64,000 nt of DNA, from NCBI GenBank assembly GCA_963755715.1, contig CAVWLW010000003.1, positions 32,001-96,000 of the forward strand, read 5' to 3'. This document shows positions 44,065 to 55,247 of the stretch, one piece after another. The translations under genes were made by a program, and so were the position numbers. Numbering within the stretch: the first letter of the stretch is position 1; each line of letters begins with the position of its first letter. The notes beneath the pieces were generated by a model. That model ran no database searches. It saw nothing but the letters and a program-made list of their open reading frames with translations, and was not told the origin of the DNA. This DNA is from an uncultured delta proteobacterium. Lineage in GTDB: Bacteria > Desulfobacterota > Binatia > UBA9968.

Positions 44065-46123
44065 TTGCGCGTAGCAGTCGATATCGGCGGAACATTTACC
44101 GACGTGGTCGTGTTTGACGAGGCGAACAGTTCGCTGGCGTTGGCGAAGGCGCTGTCGACGCCGGCGGAGTTGGCGCGCGGGGTGTTGGAAGGTTTGACCA
44201 AGGCTGCCGTGCGCTTCGCCGACGTGTCGACCTTGATTCACGGTTCCACGGTGGTGGTCAACGCGATCATCGAGCGCAATGGCGCCAAGACCGCGCTGGT
44301 GACGACCAAGGGATTTCGCGACGTTTACGAGATCGGCCGCATCAACCGCCCCGAGTCTTTTAACCCGCGCTTTCGCAAGCACCGTCCGCTGGTGCCGCGC
44401 GAAGATATTTTTGAAGTGACCGAGCGCATGCTTGCCGACGGCTCGGTGCGCACGCCGTTCGACGAGCGGGAAGCGCGCGAGGTGGCGCGCATCATCAAGG
44501 AAGAAGGATTCGAAGCGGTGGCGGTATTGTTTCTGCATTCCTATCGTGCGCCGGAGCATGAGATCCGCATGTGCGAGATCCTGCGCGAAACCGATGCAAA
44601 TTTATTTTTAAGCGCGTCCCATGAGCTGTCGCGCGAGTATCGCGAATACGAACGCACTTCGACGGTTGCGGCCAACGCCTACGTCGGACCGAAAGTGAGT
44701 CAATACCTGGGTGATCTCGAACAACGGCTGCGTGACAACAAATTTCGCGGCAATCTCATGATCATGCAGTCCAACGGCGGCTTGTCCGACGTCGACATGG
44801 CGCGGCGCCAGTGCATTCAGATGATGGAGTCTGGACCGGCGGGGGGCGTGGTCGGCACGATGGCGCTCTGCGAATTGCTCGATCTCGACGCCGCGATTGC
44901 TTTCGACATGGGCGGGACTACCGCAAAAGCTTGCGTGATCCGGCGCGGCGAACCGAGCCTTTCGCCGGATTACTTCATCGGCGGCTATAACGAAGGGCTC
45001 GCGGTGCGTATTCCCGTTCTCGACATCGTCGAAGTCGGCACCGGCGGCGGCAGCATCGCGTGGCTCGACGAAGGCGGCGGTCTGCATGTCGGTCCGCGCA
45101 GCGCCGGAGCGGAACCCGGGCCGGCGAGCTACGGACGCGGCGGCACCGAACCGACGGTCACGGACGCGAACGTCATCCTCGGCCGACTCTCGCCCGAGCG
45201 CTTTCTCGGCGGCGAAATGCGCTTGGATCGAAGCGCCGCGGAAAAATCGTTGCGCGAACGGATCGCGCAACCGCTCAACGTCAATCTCGAACGCGCCGCC
45301 TCGGGCATGCTGCAAGTCGCCACTTCGGCGATGGCCAACGCGGTGCGTCATGTGACGCTCGAGCGCGGCCTCGACCCGCGCGATTTTACGCTGGTTGCCT
45401 ACGGCGGCGGCGGACCGCTGCACGCCGCGTCGGTGGCGAAAGAATTGTCGATCGGGAAAATAATTATTCCGAGCGCGCCGGGCCATTTTTCCGCGCTCGG
45501 CATGCTGATGGCCGATCTGCGCCGGGATTACGTGCAAACTTTGTTCGAACGCATGGACGAATCTGGAGATGTTCCAACTGGAAGATCAGTTCAAGAAACT
45601 AGAAGACGAAGGGCGGGCGGCGCTCGAGGCGTCGGGTATTCCGACCGACCGGATCGTCTTCGAGCGCGCCGCCGATATGCGCTACGTCGGTCAGGAACAC
45701 GCGGTGGCGGTGCGCATGCCCGCCAAGGTCGGTGATGAAACCGCGCGCGCCGAGATCAAACGGCTTTTCGACGAGGCGCATGAGCTGCGCTACAGCCACA
45801 GCGCGCCGGAAGAATCCGCCGACATCGTGAGCTTGCGTGTCTCCGCGATCGGGCGGCTCGGCAAACCGCAGTTTGGCCAAATCACCGCCGGTGAAAAAAC
45901 GCCGCCGGCAAATGCTCGGCGCGGTACTCGCATGGTCATCTTCGAAGGCGCCGGGTCCGTCGAGGCGCCGGTCTATGATCGAACCAAGCTGCTGCAAAGC
46001 AATGTGATCTCAGGCCCGGCAATCATCGAGGAGGCGGCGTCAACGACGGTGGTCGAGCCCGGCGATACGGTCACGGTGAATGCGTTCGGACATTTGGTCA
46101 TGCAGCTTAATAGCGCACAATAA
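44065..46123 (+). CDS. Hydantoinase/5-oxoprolinase A (ATP-binding) subunit, frameshift near 45565
   Basis: VDIGGTFTD, EYERTST, ESGPAGG, DMGGTT, GGGSIA, GPRSAGAEPGP, DMRYVGQ. Confidence 0.92.
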
Positions 46124-46170
46124 GTGCGCGCCGAGCCTCAAATCGTTCAAGCCGTTTAAAACATAAAATT

Positions 46171-47971
46171 ATGAATACCGCACAATCAGTGACTAAAACC
46201 CGCGTCGACGCCTTCACCGCCGAAGTGATTCGCAGCGCTTTGGTGGCGATCACCGGAGAGATGAAGACCAATTTGATGCGCACGGCGTATCACACGATCA
46301 TTTACGAAGCCGAAGATTTTACCGTGGGACTTTTCGATGGCGACGGCAACACGATCTCCATCGGGCTCGGGCTGCCGATGTTTATTCGCGGACTTGTCCG
46401 ATGCGATCAAGGCGAAGATCGCGCACTGGGGTAAGGAAAACATCGAGCCGGGCGACATTCTCCTTACCAACGATAGTTACACCATGGGCAGCCACTTGAA
46501 TCATCTGATTTTTACGTTGCCGATTTTTAACGACGGCGAGCTGATGGCGTTTTCTTCTGCGATGGCGCATTGGCAGGACGTCGGCGGACAGCTTGGTGGC
46601 GTGACTCGCGATATTTTTTCTGAAGGTCTGCAGCTGCCGTTCGTGAAAAGTTTCCGGGCCGGAATAGAAAATCCCGAGATCACTGCGATTATCAAAGCCA
46701 ACGTGCGTGTGCCGGAGCGGGCCATGGGCGATATGCGCGCGCAGCTCGCTTCCATCCGCACCGGTGAGCGGCGGGTGATGCATTTACTAAAGCGCTACGG
46801 CAACGAGGCGTTCAAACAGAGCATCCGGTTAATTTACGAGCAGAGTGAAAAAGTCGCGCGCGCGGCAGTGGAGAAAATTCCCGACGGCGTTTACGAAGCC
46901 GAGTCGTTCATGGACGACGACGGCGTGAATCTCCTCAAACATATTCCGATCAAAGTCCGGGTCGAAGTCAGCGGCGACAAGATGACGATCGATCTGAGCG
47001 ATGTCAGCCCGCAGGTGGCGGGATTCTACAACTCCGGCATTACCGCCGGGCGCTCAGCCGCCGAAGTTGTTTTCAAGTGTGTCACGGCTCCGCTATTACT
47101 GCCGATCAACGACGGCTCGTTTCGGCCGCTCAAGATCATTCTTCCGCCGGGGCGAGTGGTGAGCGCGGTGAAGCCGGCGCCGGTGCGTGTCTGGATGACC
47201 GTGCCGATGACCGTGTGCGATACGATTTTTCGCGCGCTGGCGCCGGCGTGTCCGGAACGCACGATCGCCGGACATTACGCCGATCTCTGTACCGTCAACC
47301 CGCATGGTTTCGATGCATCGACCGGGCGCTTTTTCTGGTCGCATATCGGCCATCCAGGTGGTGGTTGGGGCGCCAAGCACGATGAGGACGGCATGAGCGC
47401 GACTGTGTGTCTTAATGACGGCGACACGCACAACTCGCCGGTAGAAGCGACCGAAGCCAAGAGTCCGATCATCGTCGAGCGACGCACCTTGCGCCAAGAC
47501 TCCGGCGGTCCGGGCAAGTTTCGCGGTGGTCTCGGCGTGGCAAACGAAGTGCGCATGCGCCGGACGGCGACGATTCACGCCCATGTGGAGCGGACCATCT
47601 GCGCGCCGTGGGGCCTACACGGCGGCAAGGACGCGCTGGCGAATCGAATTTCGATCGAGCGCACGAACGGCGAGGTAGAAAAATTTCCCACGGGTAAAAT
47701 CAAACCGACGGAGATCGATGCGGGTGATTCTTTCTTGATCGAGACGGCAGGCGGCGGCGGTTTCTGGAATCCGCTACAGCGCGATGCCCAGCGCGTGCTC
47801 GCCGACGTACGCGCCGGTTACGTGTCGCTGGAGGCGGCGCGGCGGGATTACGGCGTCGTGATTCAGCAGCACGGACGACGGTTTGAATTCGATGCCGCAG
47901 CGACCGCGGAGTTGCGCCGGCAAAATAACGCATTACAAATTCCAGATTCCAAATTTCAGGTTGGGGAGTAG
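46171..47971 (+). CDS. Hydantoinase B/oxoprolinase subunit (copy 1), frameshift near 46392
   Basis: EMKTNLMRTA, PGDILLTND, GSHLNH, HWQDVGG, EGLQ, DSGGPGKFRGG, GGGG. Confidence 0.92.
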
Positions 47972-48009
47972 ACAGCAGCCTCACATGGGAGCGCGGCGAG
48001 TTTTGGAAT

Positions 48010-49786
48010 ATGAAATCTGAAATTTGCGATGCCGAGCGCAGCGAGGCCACGGTGGATGCCTTTACCGTCGAGGTGATCCGCAGCACGGTAGTGGCGATCA
48101 CCGATGAGATGAAGACCAATCTCATGCGCACCGCCTACAACATGATTATCTATGAAGCCGAAGATTTCACCGTCGGCCTGTTCGATCCCGACGGCAACAC
48201 GATTTCTATCGGCCTGGGGTTGCCGATGTTTATCCGCGGGCTGTCGGACGCGATCAAAGCCAAGCTCGCGCATTGGGGCAAGGAAAACATTTTTCCCGGC
48301 GACATACTTCTCACCAACGATCCGCAGGTGATGGGCAGCCATCTAAATCACATGATTTTTACTTTGCCGGTTTTTCACGATGGCGAGCTGGTGGCGTTTT
48401 CGTCGTCGATGGGCCACTGGCAGGATGTGGGCGGCGTACTCGGCGCGGTGACGCGGGATATTTTTTCCGAAGGGCTGCAGATGCCATTCGTGAAGATATT
48501 CAAATCCGGCAAGCAGGACGCCGAGCTGACAGCGATCATTCGCAGCAACTGCCGCTTGCCGGAATTCGCCATGGGTGACTTTCGCGCGCAGATCGCCGCG
48601 ATCCGCACCGGCGAGCGGCGTTTAACGCGATTGCTCCAGCGCTACGGCGCCGAGACGTTCAAAGAGTCCGTGCGGCTGATATTCGATCAGAGCGAGAAGT
48701 TGGCGCGCGCCGCGGTGGAAAAAATTCCCGACGGGGTTTACGAAGCCGAATCGTTCATGGACGACGACGGCGTCAACCTGGGCAAGCATGTGCCGATCAA
48801 AGTCCGCGTCGAAGTGCAGGGCGACGAGATGACCGTTGATTTGAGCGGCGTGAGCCCGCAAGTGGCGGGGCCGTACAATTCGGGTTCGACGGCGGGACGC
48901 TCGGCGTCGGAAGTCGCTTTCAAATTTCTCACAACGCCGCTGCTGTTGCCGATCAACCACGGCTCTTTCCGGCCGCTCAAGGTCATCTTGCCGCCGGGAC
49001 GCATCGTGAGCGCCACCAAACCGGCGCCGGTGCGCACTTGGATGACCGTGCCGATGACGGTTGCGGATACGATCTTCAAGGCGCTGGCGACCGCTTGTCC
49101 CGACAATGTTATGGCGGGGCAGCACGCGGACCTCGCCATTCCGCGCACCTTCGGTCTCGATCCCAAAACTGGCCGCGCTTTTCACTTTCCGCAGACACTT
49201 TCGGGCGGCGGTTGGGGCGCCTTGCACGATTGCGACGGACAGAACGCAACATTTTGCATCAACGATGGCGACACGCATAACACGCCGGTGGAAGCAGGCG
49301 AAGGGAAAGGGCCGATATTCATCTCCTATCGAAAGCTGCGCGAAGATTCAGGCGGTCCGGGCAAGTTCCGCGGCGGACTCGGCGTGGCGCAAGAAGTACG
49401 AATGCTCGCGCCGGCCAGCGTGCAATCCGCGATGGAGCGGACGCTTTGCCCGCCGTGGGGACTGCACGGCGGTAAAGACGCGCTGGCCAACCGCTTCAGT
49501 ATCGTGCGCAAGGACGGATCGATACAGAGATTGCCGACTGGGAAAACCGCCGGGCATGTCGCTCTCGAGGCCGGCGACGGATTTCTCATCGAAGTGGGCG
49601 GTGGCGGCGGATTTTGGAATCCATTGGAGCGCGATCCGGCGCGCGTGCTCGACGACGTTCGTTCCGGCTACGTTTCGCATCGAAGCGGCGCGGCGCGAAT
49701 ACGGAGTGGTGATTCGGCAAAACGGGCGGAAGTTCGAGATCGATGTGGCAGCGACTGCGGGAGTTAAGGCGAGCACGCGAATCTGA
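48010..49786 (+). CDS. Hydantoinase B/oxoprolinase subunit (copy 2), frameshift near 49678
   Basis: Same motifs; close paralogue of 46171-47971. Confidence 0.92.
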
Positions 49787-49841
49787 GCGGCGGCCCATTC
49801 CTGCCTGAGAGGCTGGGGCGCGGTGAGGAAATTTCTATAGG

Positions 49842-49917
49842 TGTCATGCTGAGCACGCGAAGCATCCCGCATTTCAAGGACGAAGCGAGATCCTTCGCCT
49901 ATCGGCTCAGGATGACA
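49842..49917. repeat. REP-like palindrome (TGTCATGCTGAG...CTCAGGATGACA family)
   Basis: Inverted termini; right arm GAGATCCTTCGCCTATCGGCTCAGGATGACA nearly identical to 56497-56527. Confidence 0.75.
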
Positions 49918-50022
49918 TCACGATGCAGTTGCCTTGCAAGCGAAAAATATCTTCTGATTGGTGCCGCCAGTTCGCTGCCCGGCAACAGCTGATTGTCGAT
50001 TCTTATAACCGGAGGCGGATTA

Positions 50023-51023
50023 ATGACGACGAAAAATCAACGGCCGATACTTCAAGCGGCCGCGGTTTTGGGAGCGGCGTTCCTCTTGGTTGTTTCGGCA
50101 TCTCCGGGATTCGGCTCAAGAAACCCGAACCAAGATCCGCATCTCTTACCCCAACATCTCGATCTGCTGCCTGGCTTTGTTCGCCGCGCAGCAGTGGAAG
50201 ATCTTCGAACAGAACGGCCTTGACGTTGAAAGCATTCAGATGCGCTCCCAAGCCGCCAATTCAGCCTTGGCCAGCGGCGACATTCACTATGTCGCCGGCG
50301 TCGGTCCCAACTCAGTTGCGGCAACGCTGCGGGGATTGCCTTCCAAAGCCGTCTGGTTTGCCTCTGAGTCGCTGATCTACACGGTTCTCGCTCGGCCCGA
50401 GTTCAAGTCGCTAAAAGAATTGCGCGGCAAGCGGCTCGGCCTTACCGGACTCGGCGGCACGTCGGACGTGGCCCTGCGCATTGCTCTGGAAGCGGTCGGG
50501 GAAAATCCCAAAGACTTCATTATTGTCGCTCTGGGCGCACCGCAGCTGATGAGCGGGTTGGAGAGCGGCACCATCGAAGCAGCGCAGCTCAATTCGCCGT
50601 TGAATTATCACGCCAAGAAAAAAGGTTTTCGCGAGCTCCTCGATATCGGTGCGCACGTGCAGATGCCGCTGGGCGGGATAACCGCGTCTAATGCCTCCAT
50701 CCAAAACCGCAGCGAGCGAGCTCAAACGCGTGATCCGCTCTTTGCAAATGGCCAAGAGAGCGCTGCTTCAGTCGAAAGAAAAAGCGATTGATTTGATCAT
50801 GCGCACCATTCGCGTCGACCGAGAGGTGGCGGAAGAAATGTTCGCCGATAATCGGCGTAGCGCTTCGGGCAACGGCGTGCCGAGCCGCGAGGGCATGGAG
50901 CAGATCGTCAAATCGCTGCAGATGCTCGGTCAGTTCACCGGCAAGAAGATTGCTTTCGAGGAAATCACCGACACGCGTATCGCGCGGGAAGTCGCGAAGG
51001 AGTTAGGTTACAAGGTCGATTAG
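50023..51023 (+). CDS. NMT1/SsuA-type ABC substrate-binding protein (subfamily A), frameshifts near 50105 and 50712
   Basis: Signal peptide; SICCLALFAAQQWKIFEQNGLDVE, ELRGKRLGLTGLGG, AREVAKELGY. Confidence 0.85.
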
Positions 51024-51078
51024 GCTTCAAGGTTTTGGCTTTAGGGTGTCCGGATCTGCTTAGTCTACGAGCACAACA

Positions 51079-52044
51079 GTGCGAGCTGGATTGATTCTCC
51101 TGTGTGAATTGATTTGCGCGCTATGCCTCGGCGATCCTTCATTCGCGCAGGACAGAGTTCGCATTGCCTACGTCGGACCGTCCCTCAGCAACTTGCCGCT
51201 GCTCGCTGCCAAAGAAACCGGAATATTTGCTCGCCATAAGTTGGACGTCGAGATTCTGCTATTGACGTCGCAGCTCTCAGCCGTGGCCCTGGGCGCCGGG
51301 GAGCTTGAATACGTCGCCGGCGTCGGTCCTGGGTCAGTCGGCGGGACTCTCGCGGGTATTCCTTCCCGCGCTGTATGGGTCGTCTCCAATCGGATTCTAC
51401 ACTCGGTCGTCGCGCAACCGGAAGTGAAGTCTTTACAAGACTTGCGCGGAAAAAAGATCGGCGTCACCGGATTAGGCGGGACGACGCATACCTCGTTGAT
51501 GATGGCGATCGAAAAGTTCGGCGGCAATCCGCGGGAATATATCGTCGTGTCGCTCGGACCGCAGCAATACCTGCGGGCCTTAGAGTCTAAAGCTGTAGAC
51601 GCTGCAACCGTCGACCCGCCGTTGCTGTTTCTTGTGCTGAAAAAAGGCTTCAGCAGGATCCTCGATCTCGGCTCGGTCGTAGAGATGCCGGTGGGTGGTT
51701 TGACCACAATGATGAAGACATTAAACTCAAAGTCCGAGCAAGTCGTAAGAATCATCAAATCGCTGCAAGAGGCGAAAGATTTACTGCTGAGCTCCAAAGA
51801 ACGCGCCGTCGACTTCACGATAAAAGTCATGAAGATGGACCGCGAAAGCGCGCTCAGGAGCTATGAGCTCATGGCTGTTGCCTGGGTTGGCACCGGCGTG
51901 CCGACGCGCGCGGGCATGGAAAATATTATCCGCGGGGTTCAGTCACAGGGTCGCTTCGCTGACAAGAAGGTGGCGTTCGAAGACGTCGCCGATAGCAGAT
52001 TTGCAATTCAGGCAGCGCGGGAATTGGGTCATAAAGCCGAATAG
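51079..52044 (+). CDS. NMT1/SsuA-type ABC substrate-binding protein (subfamily B)
   Basis: AQDRVRIAY, LPLLAAKETGIF, DLRGKKIGVTGLGG. Confidence 0.9.
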   Translation: MRAGLILLCELICALCLGDPSFAQDRVRIAYVGPSLSNLPLLAAKETGIFARHKLDVEILLLTSQLSAVALGAGELEYVAGVGPGSVGGTLAGIPSRAVWVVSNRILHSVVAQPEVKSLQDLRGKKIGVTGLGGTTHTSLMMAIEKFGGNPREYIVVSLGPQQYLRALESKAVDAATVDPPLLFLVLKKGFSRILDLGSVVEMPVGGLTTMMKTLNSKSEQVVRIIKSLQEAKDLLLSSKERAVDFTIKVMKMDRESALRSYELMAVAWVGTGVPTRAGMENIIRGVQSQGRFADKKVAFEDVADSRFAIQAARELGHKAE

Positions 52045-52077
52045 CCTGCATGGGTCGATTACAAAACGAGGTGCGCC

Positions 52078-52917
52078 GTGAAGCAGTTGACAGCTAACGT
52101 ACTCGTGGAAACCGGGTTGAAGGGCGCCAATCACGGCGTCGTCACGACCTCGGATGGCGTGGTGTTAATCGATACGCCGCATAAGCCGAGCGACGCCGTG
52201 CGGTTGAAAGGGGAGATCGAGCGGCTCGGCCGGCTGCGTTACATTATCAACACCGAGCCGCACGGCGATCATTGGACCGGCAATGCTTTCTTCGACGTAC
52301 CGGTGGTCGCGCACGAAGGCGTGCGCTCGCGCATCCTCGGCACTGATTTGGCCGCGCATGTCGCGCGCGTGGCTTCCTTCGGACCTGACGAATCAAAGTT
52401 TCTGGAAAACTATAAAGCCAACGCGCCGGTGATCACGTTTCAGAGCGAGATGACCTTGCACGTGGGCAATCACACGTTTCATATGATCCATATGCCCGGC
52501 CACACGCCGTACCAAGCGGCCGTGATCGTCGAAGAAGAAGGCGTCGTTTTCACCAGCGACAATATTTTTTGCAAGGTGCAGACTTGGCTCCAAGAGGCCA
52601 ATCCGGATCATTGGCTGAAAGCGCTCGCGTCACTGCGCGCGTTGCGCGAGGATACGTTCGTCCCCGGCCACGGGCCGGTTTGCGATAAGCGCTACTTGGA
52701 CGAGCAAGGCTCTTTCATCAGCGAATGGGTCGAGTACGTGCGCGGCGGCATCGAGCGCGGCATGAACAAAGAGGAGTGCGTCGCCAACCTCACCGCATTG
52801 ACCGACCGATATCCTATGGACGTCGGCCAAGACGGCATGGCGCCGCACGTGATGCGCTTAAACGTCGCCAATCTTTATGATTACCTAACCAGCGCCGGCA
52901 TCCACAAACCTAGCTAA
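52078..52917 (+). CDS. MBL-fold metallo-hydrolase (cyclase-like)
   Basis: VLIDTP, NTEPHGDHWTGN, PGHT, FTSDN, VPGHG. Confidence 0.88.
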   Translation: MKQLTANVLVETGLKGANHGVVTTSDGVVLIDTPHKPSDAVRLKGEIERLGRLRYIINTEPHGDHWTGNAFFDVPVVAHEGVRSRILGTDLAAHVARVASFGPDESKFLENYKANAPVITFQSEMTLHVGNHTFHMIHMPGHTPYQAAVIVEEEGVVFTSDNIFCKVQTWLQEANPDHWLKALASLRALREDTFVPGHGPVCDKRYLDEQGSFISEWVEYVRGGIERGMNKEECVANLTALTDRYPMDVGQDGMAPHVMRLNVANLYDYLTSAGIHKPS

Positions 52918-52920
52918 ATA

Positions 52921-53067
52921 TTTTTGGATTTTCGATTGCCGATTTTAGATGGGGGAATCGAAAACATGAATAATCGATTTTGGCGGGCATTTTTCCAGCT
53001 GAGTTTGTTTCCTAATCTAAAATCCAAAGCATGTCCTGAGCAACGACGAAGAATCCAAAATCGAAAA
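52921..53067. repeat. Inverted heptad repeats flanking RBS/start codon of an SBP gene, with a half-REP inserted in frame
   Basis: TTTTGGATTTTCGATTGCCGATTTTAGAT (52922-52950) versus AATCTAAAATCCAAA-[GCATGTCCTGAGCAACGACGAAG]-AATCCAAAATCGAAAA (53014-53067). Confidence 0.75.
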
Positions 53068-54037
53068 CGGATCGGGATTCTTGCAATCGCAATGGCGCTG
53101 CTAAGCCATTGGGCGACGGCGTACGGCCAGGAGGGAAAAACCAAGATCAGAATCGCGATTCCTAGTGCGTCGATATGTTGCCTTCATTTATTTGCCGCGC
53201 AGCAGTGGAAAGTTTTCGAAGACAACGGGCTCGACGTCGAGATCATTCAAATGCGGCCCGCAGGTGGCCAACGCCGCGATGGTCAGCCGGAGAAATTCAT
53301 TATTTCGCAGGCGTCGGGCCGAATTCAGTCGCTGCCACTTTGCGGGGACTACCGTCAAGGGCAGTTTGGTTTGCATCGGACCAGTTGATTTACTCGCTTG
53401 TTGGCGCGTCCGGAGTTCAAATCACTGAGGGAGCTTCGCTCCAAGCGCATCGGCGTGGGCGGTTTGGGCGACACCACCGAAGTGTCGCTGAGAATCGGTC
53501 TCGAAGCCGCCGGCGAGAATTCCAGAGACTTCATTATCCTCGGCGTAGGCACGCAAAACTTGCTGAGCGCGCTCGACAGCGGGAGCGTCGATGCCGCGCA
53601 ATTCAATCCGCCGCTCCTCTATTATGCAAAAAAGAAAGGCTTCCGCGACCTGTTGGACATCGGTGCGCATGTAAAAATGCCGCTCGGCGGCCTGACGACG
53701 CTGGATCACAACAATTCAAAATCGTCCGGCCGAAATGCGCCGTCTCATTCGCGCTATGCAGCTCGCCAAGCGAAGCCTGCTTCAGTCCAAGGAAAAAAGT
53801 GTTGAACTGATGATCCGCGTGCTGAAATTGAACCGGGAAACCGCCGAGGACACTTTTGTTGATTATCAAAAAACCGTCAGCGGCAATGGCGTGCCGAGCC
53901 GCGACGGCATCGAACAGATCGTCAAATCGCTTCAGCTGTTAGGCCAATTCGTCGGTAGGAAGGTCGGCTTCGAAGAAGTTGCCGATGCGCGAATCGCCAG
54001 AGAAGTCGCGAAGGAACTGGGTTACAAGATTGAGTAG
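52966..54037 (+). CDS. NMT1/SsuA-type SBP (subfamily A), several frameshifts (about 53260, 53290, 53400, 53705)
   Basis: SICCLHLFAAQQWKVFEDNGLDVE, FAGVGPNSVAATLRGLPS, AREVAKELGY across frames. Confidence 0.85.
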
Positions 54038-54134
54038 CTTGGATTGTCGGGGGAGACGGGAGTCGAGCCGTACGATTGTTGATCGAGCCAATTTGAGTGC
54101 CAGTGTTACCGAGGAATGAAGGGCGGCGAGCGTG

Positions 54135-55108
54135 ATGCAACCCAAGTTCTTAACGGCATCGTTTTTCGTGGGAGCATTCTGCTTGGTGTCCAATGCCAGC
54201 GGCGGTCTATTGGCTCAAGACAAGGTTCGTATCGGCTACATCGGCTTGTCGTTGAGCAGTATGCCGCTCCTTGCCGCACGGGACCTCGGGTTATTTGCCA
54301 AAAACGGCATTCAGGCGGAACTCTTGATGCTTACCTTCCAGCTTTCGTCATGGCGCTCAATGCCGGAGACTTGGAATACGTCGCCGGCGTTGGCCCCGGC
54401 TCGGTGAGCGCTACCCTGGGAGGGAGCTCGTCGCGCGCGGTGTGGATCGTCGCCAATCGGCTGATCTACAATGTTATCGCGCAGCCAGAGGTGAAAACGC
54501 TTCAAGAGCTTCGCGGCAAGAGGATCGGTGTGAGCGGCCTGGGAGCGACGACCCACACTGCGTTTACGATGGCCGTGGAGAAAGCCGGGGCCAATCCGAA
54601 GGACTTCATCGTGGTTGGCCTCGGGCCACAACAGCAGCAGCGCGCGCTGGAGTCGAAGAGCATCGAAGCAGTGATTGTCGATCCGCCGGTGCTGTTTGTA
54701 TTACTCAAGAAGGGTTTCAGCAAAGTTCTCGATATCGGCGCGGCGGTGGAAATGCCGGTGGGCGGACTAACGACGCTGATCAAGACTCTGGGCGCCAGAC
54801 CGGATCAAGTCCGACGCGTCATCAGAGCGCTGCAAGAAGCGAAGGAAGCGCTCATTGCTTCAAAAGAAAGATCAGTGGACCTTATTGCCAAGACGATGAA
54901 AATGGATCAGGAAACCGCGACAAAGACGCATGAGATGATGGCATTGGCGTGGGCTGGGAGCGGAGTGCCGACGCGAACGGGCATGGAGAATATCGTCAAG
55001 GGGATTCAATCTCAGGGTCGATTCGCGGATCGGAAAGTCGCTTTCGAGGAAATCGCCGACCCACGCCTCGCATTGCAAGTCGCGCGCGAGCTCGCTCACA
55101 AGGATTGA
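54135..55108 (+). CDS. NMT1/SsuA-type SBP (subfamily B), frameshift near 54345
   Basis: AQDKVRIGYIGLSLSSMPLLAARDLG; paralogue of 51079-52044. Confidence 0.85.
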
Positions 55109-55247
55109 GAGAGAAACACTTGATCCCGAAATTCGAAACGGATCCAAATATTCAATTAGTCGCCGATTTTGGATTTTGATGGAGGGAAGGGACCGTGAAG
55201 TAGAAACATAACCGCGAATTCATTTCCATCCATGGTGGGAGTTGCCT

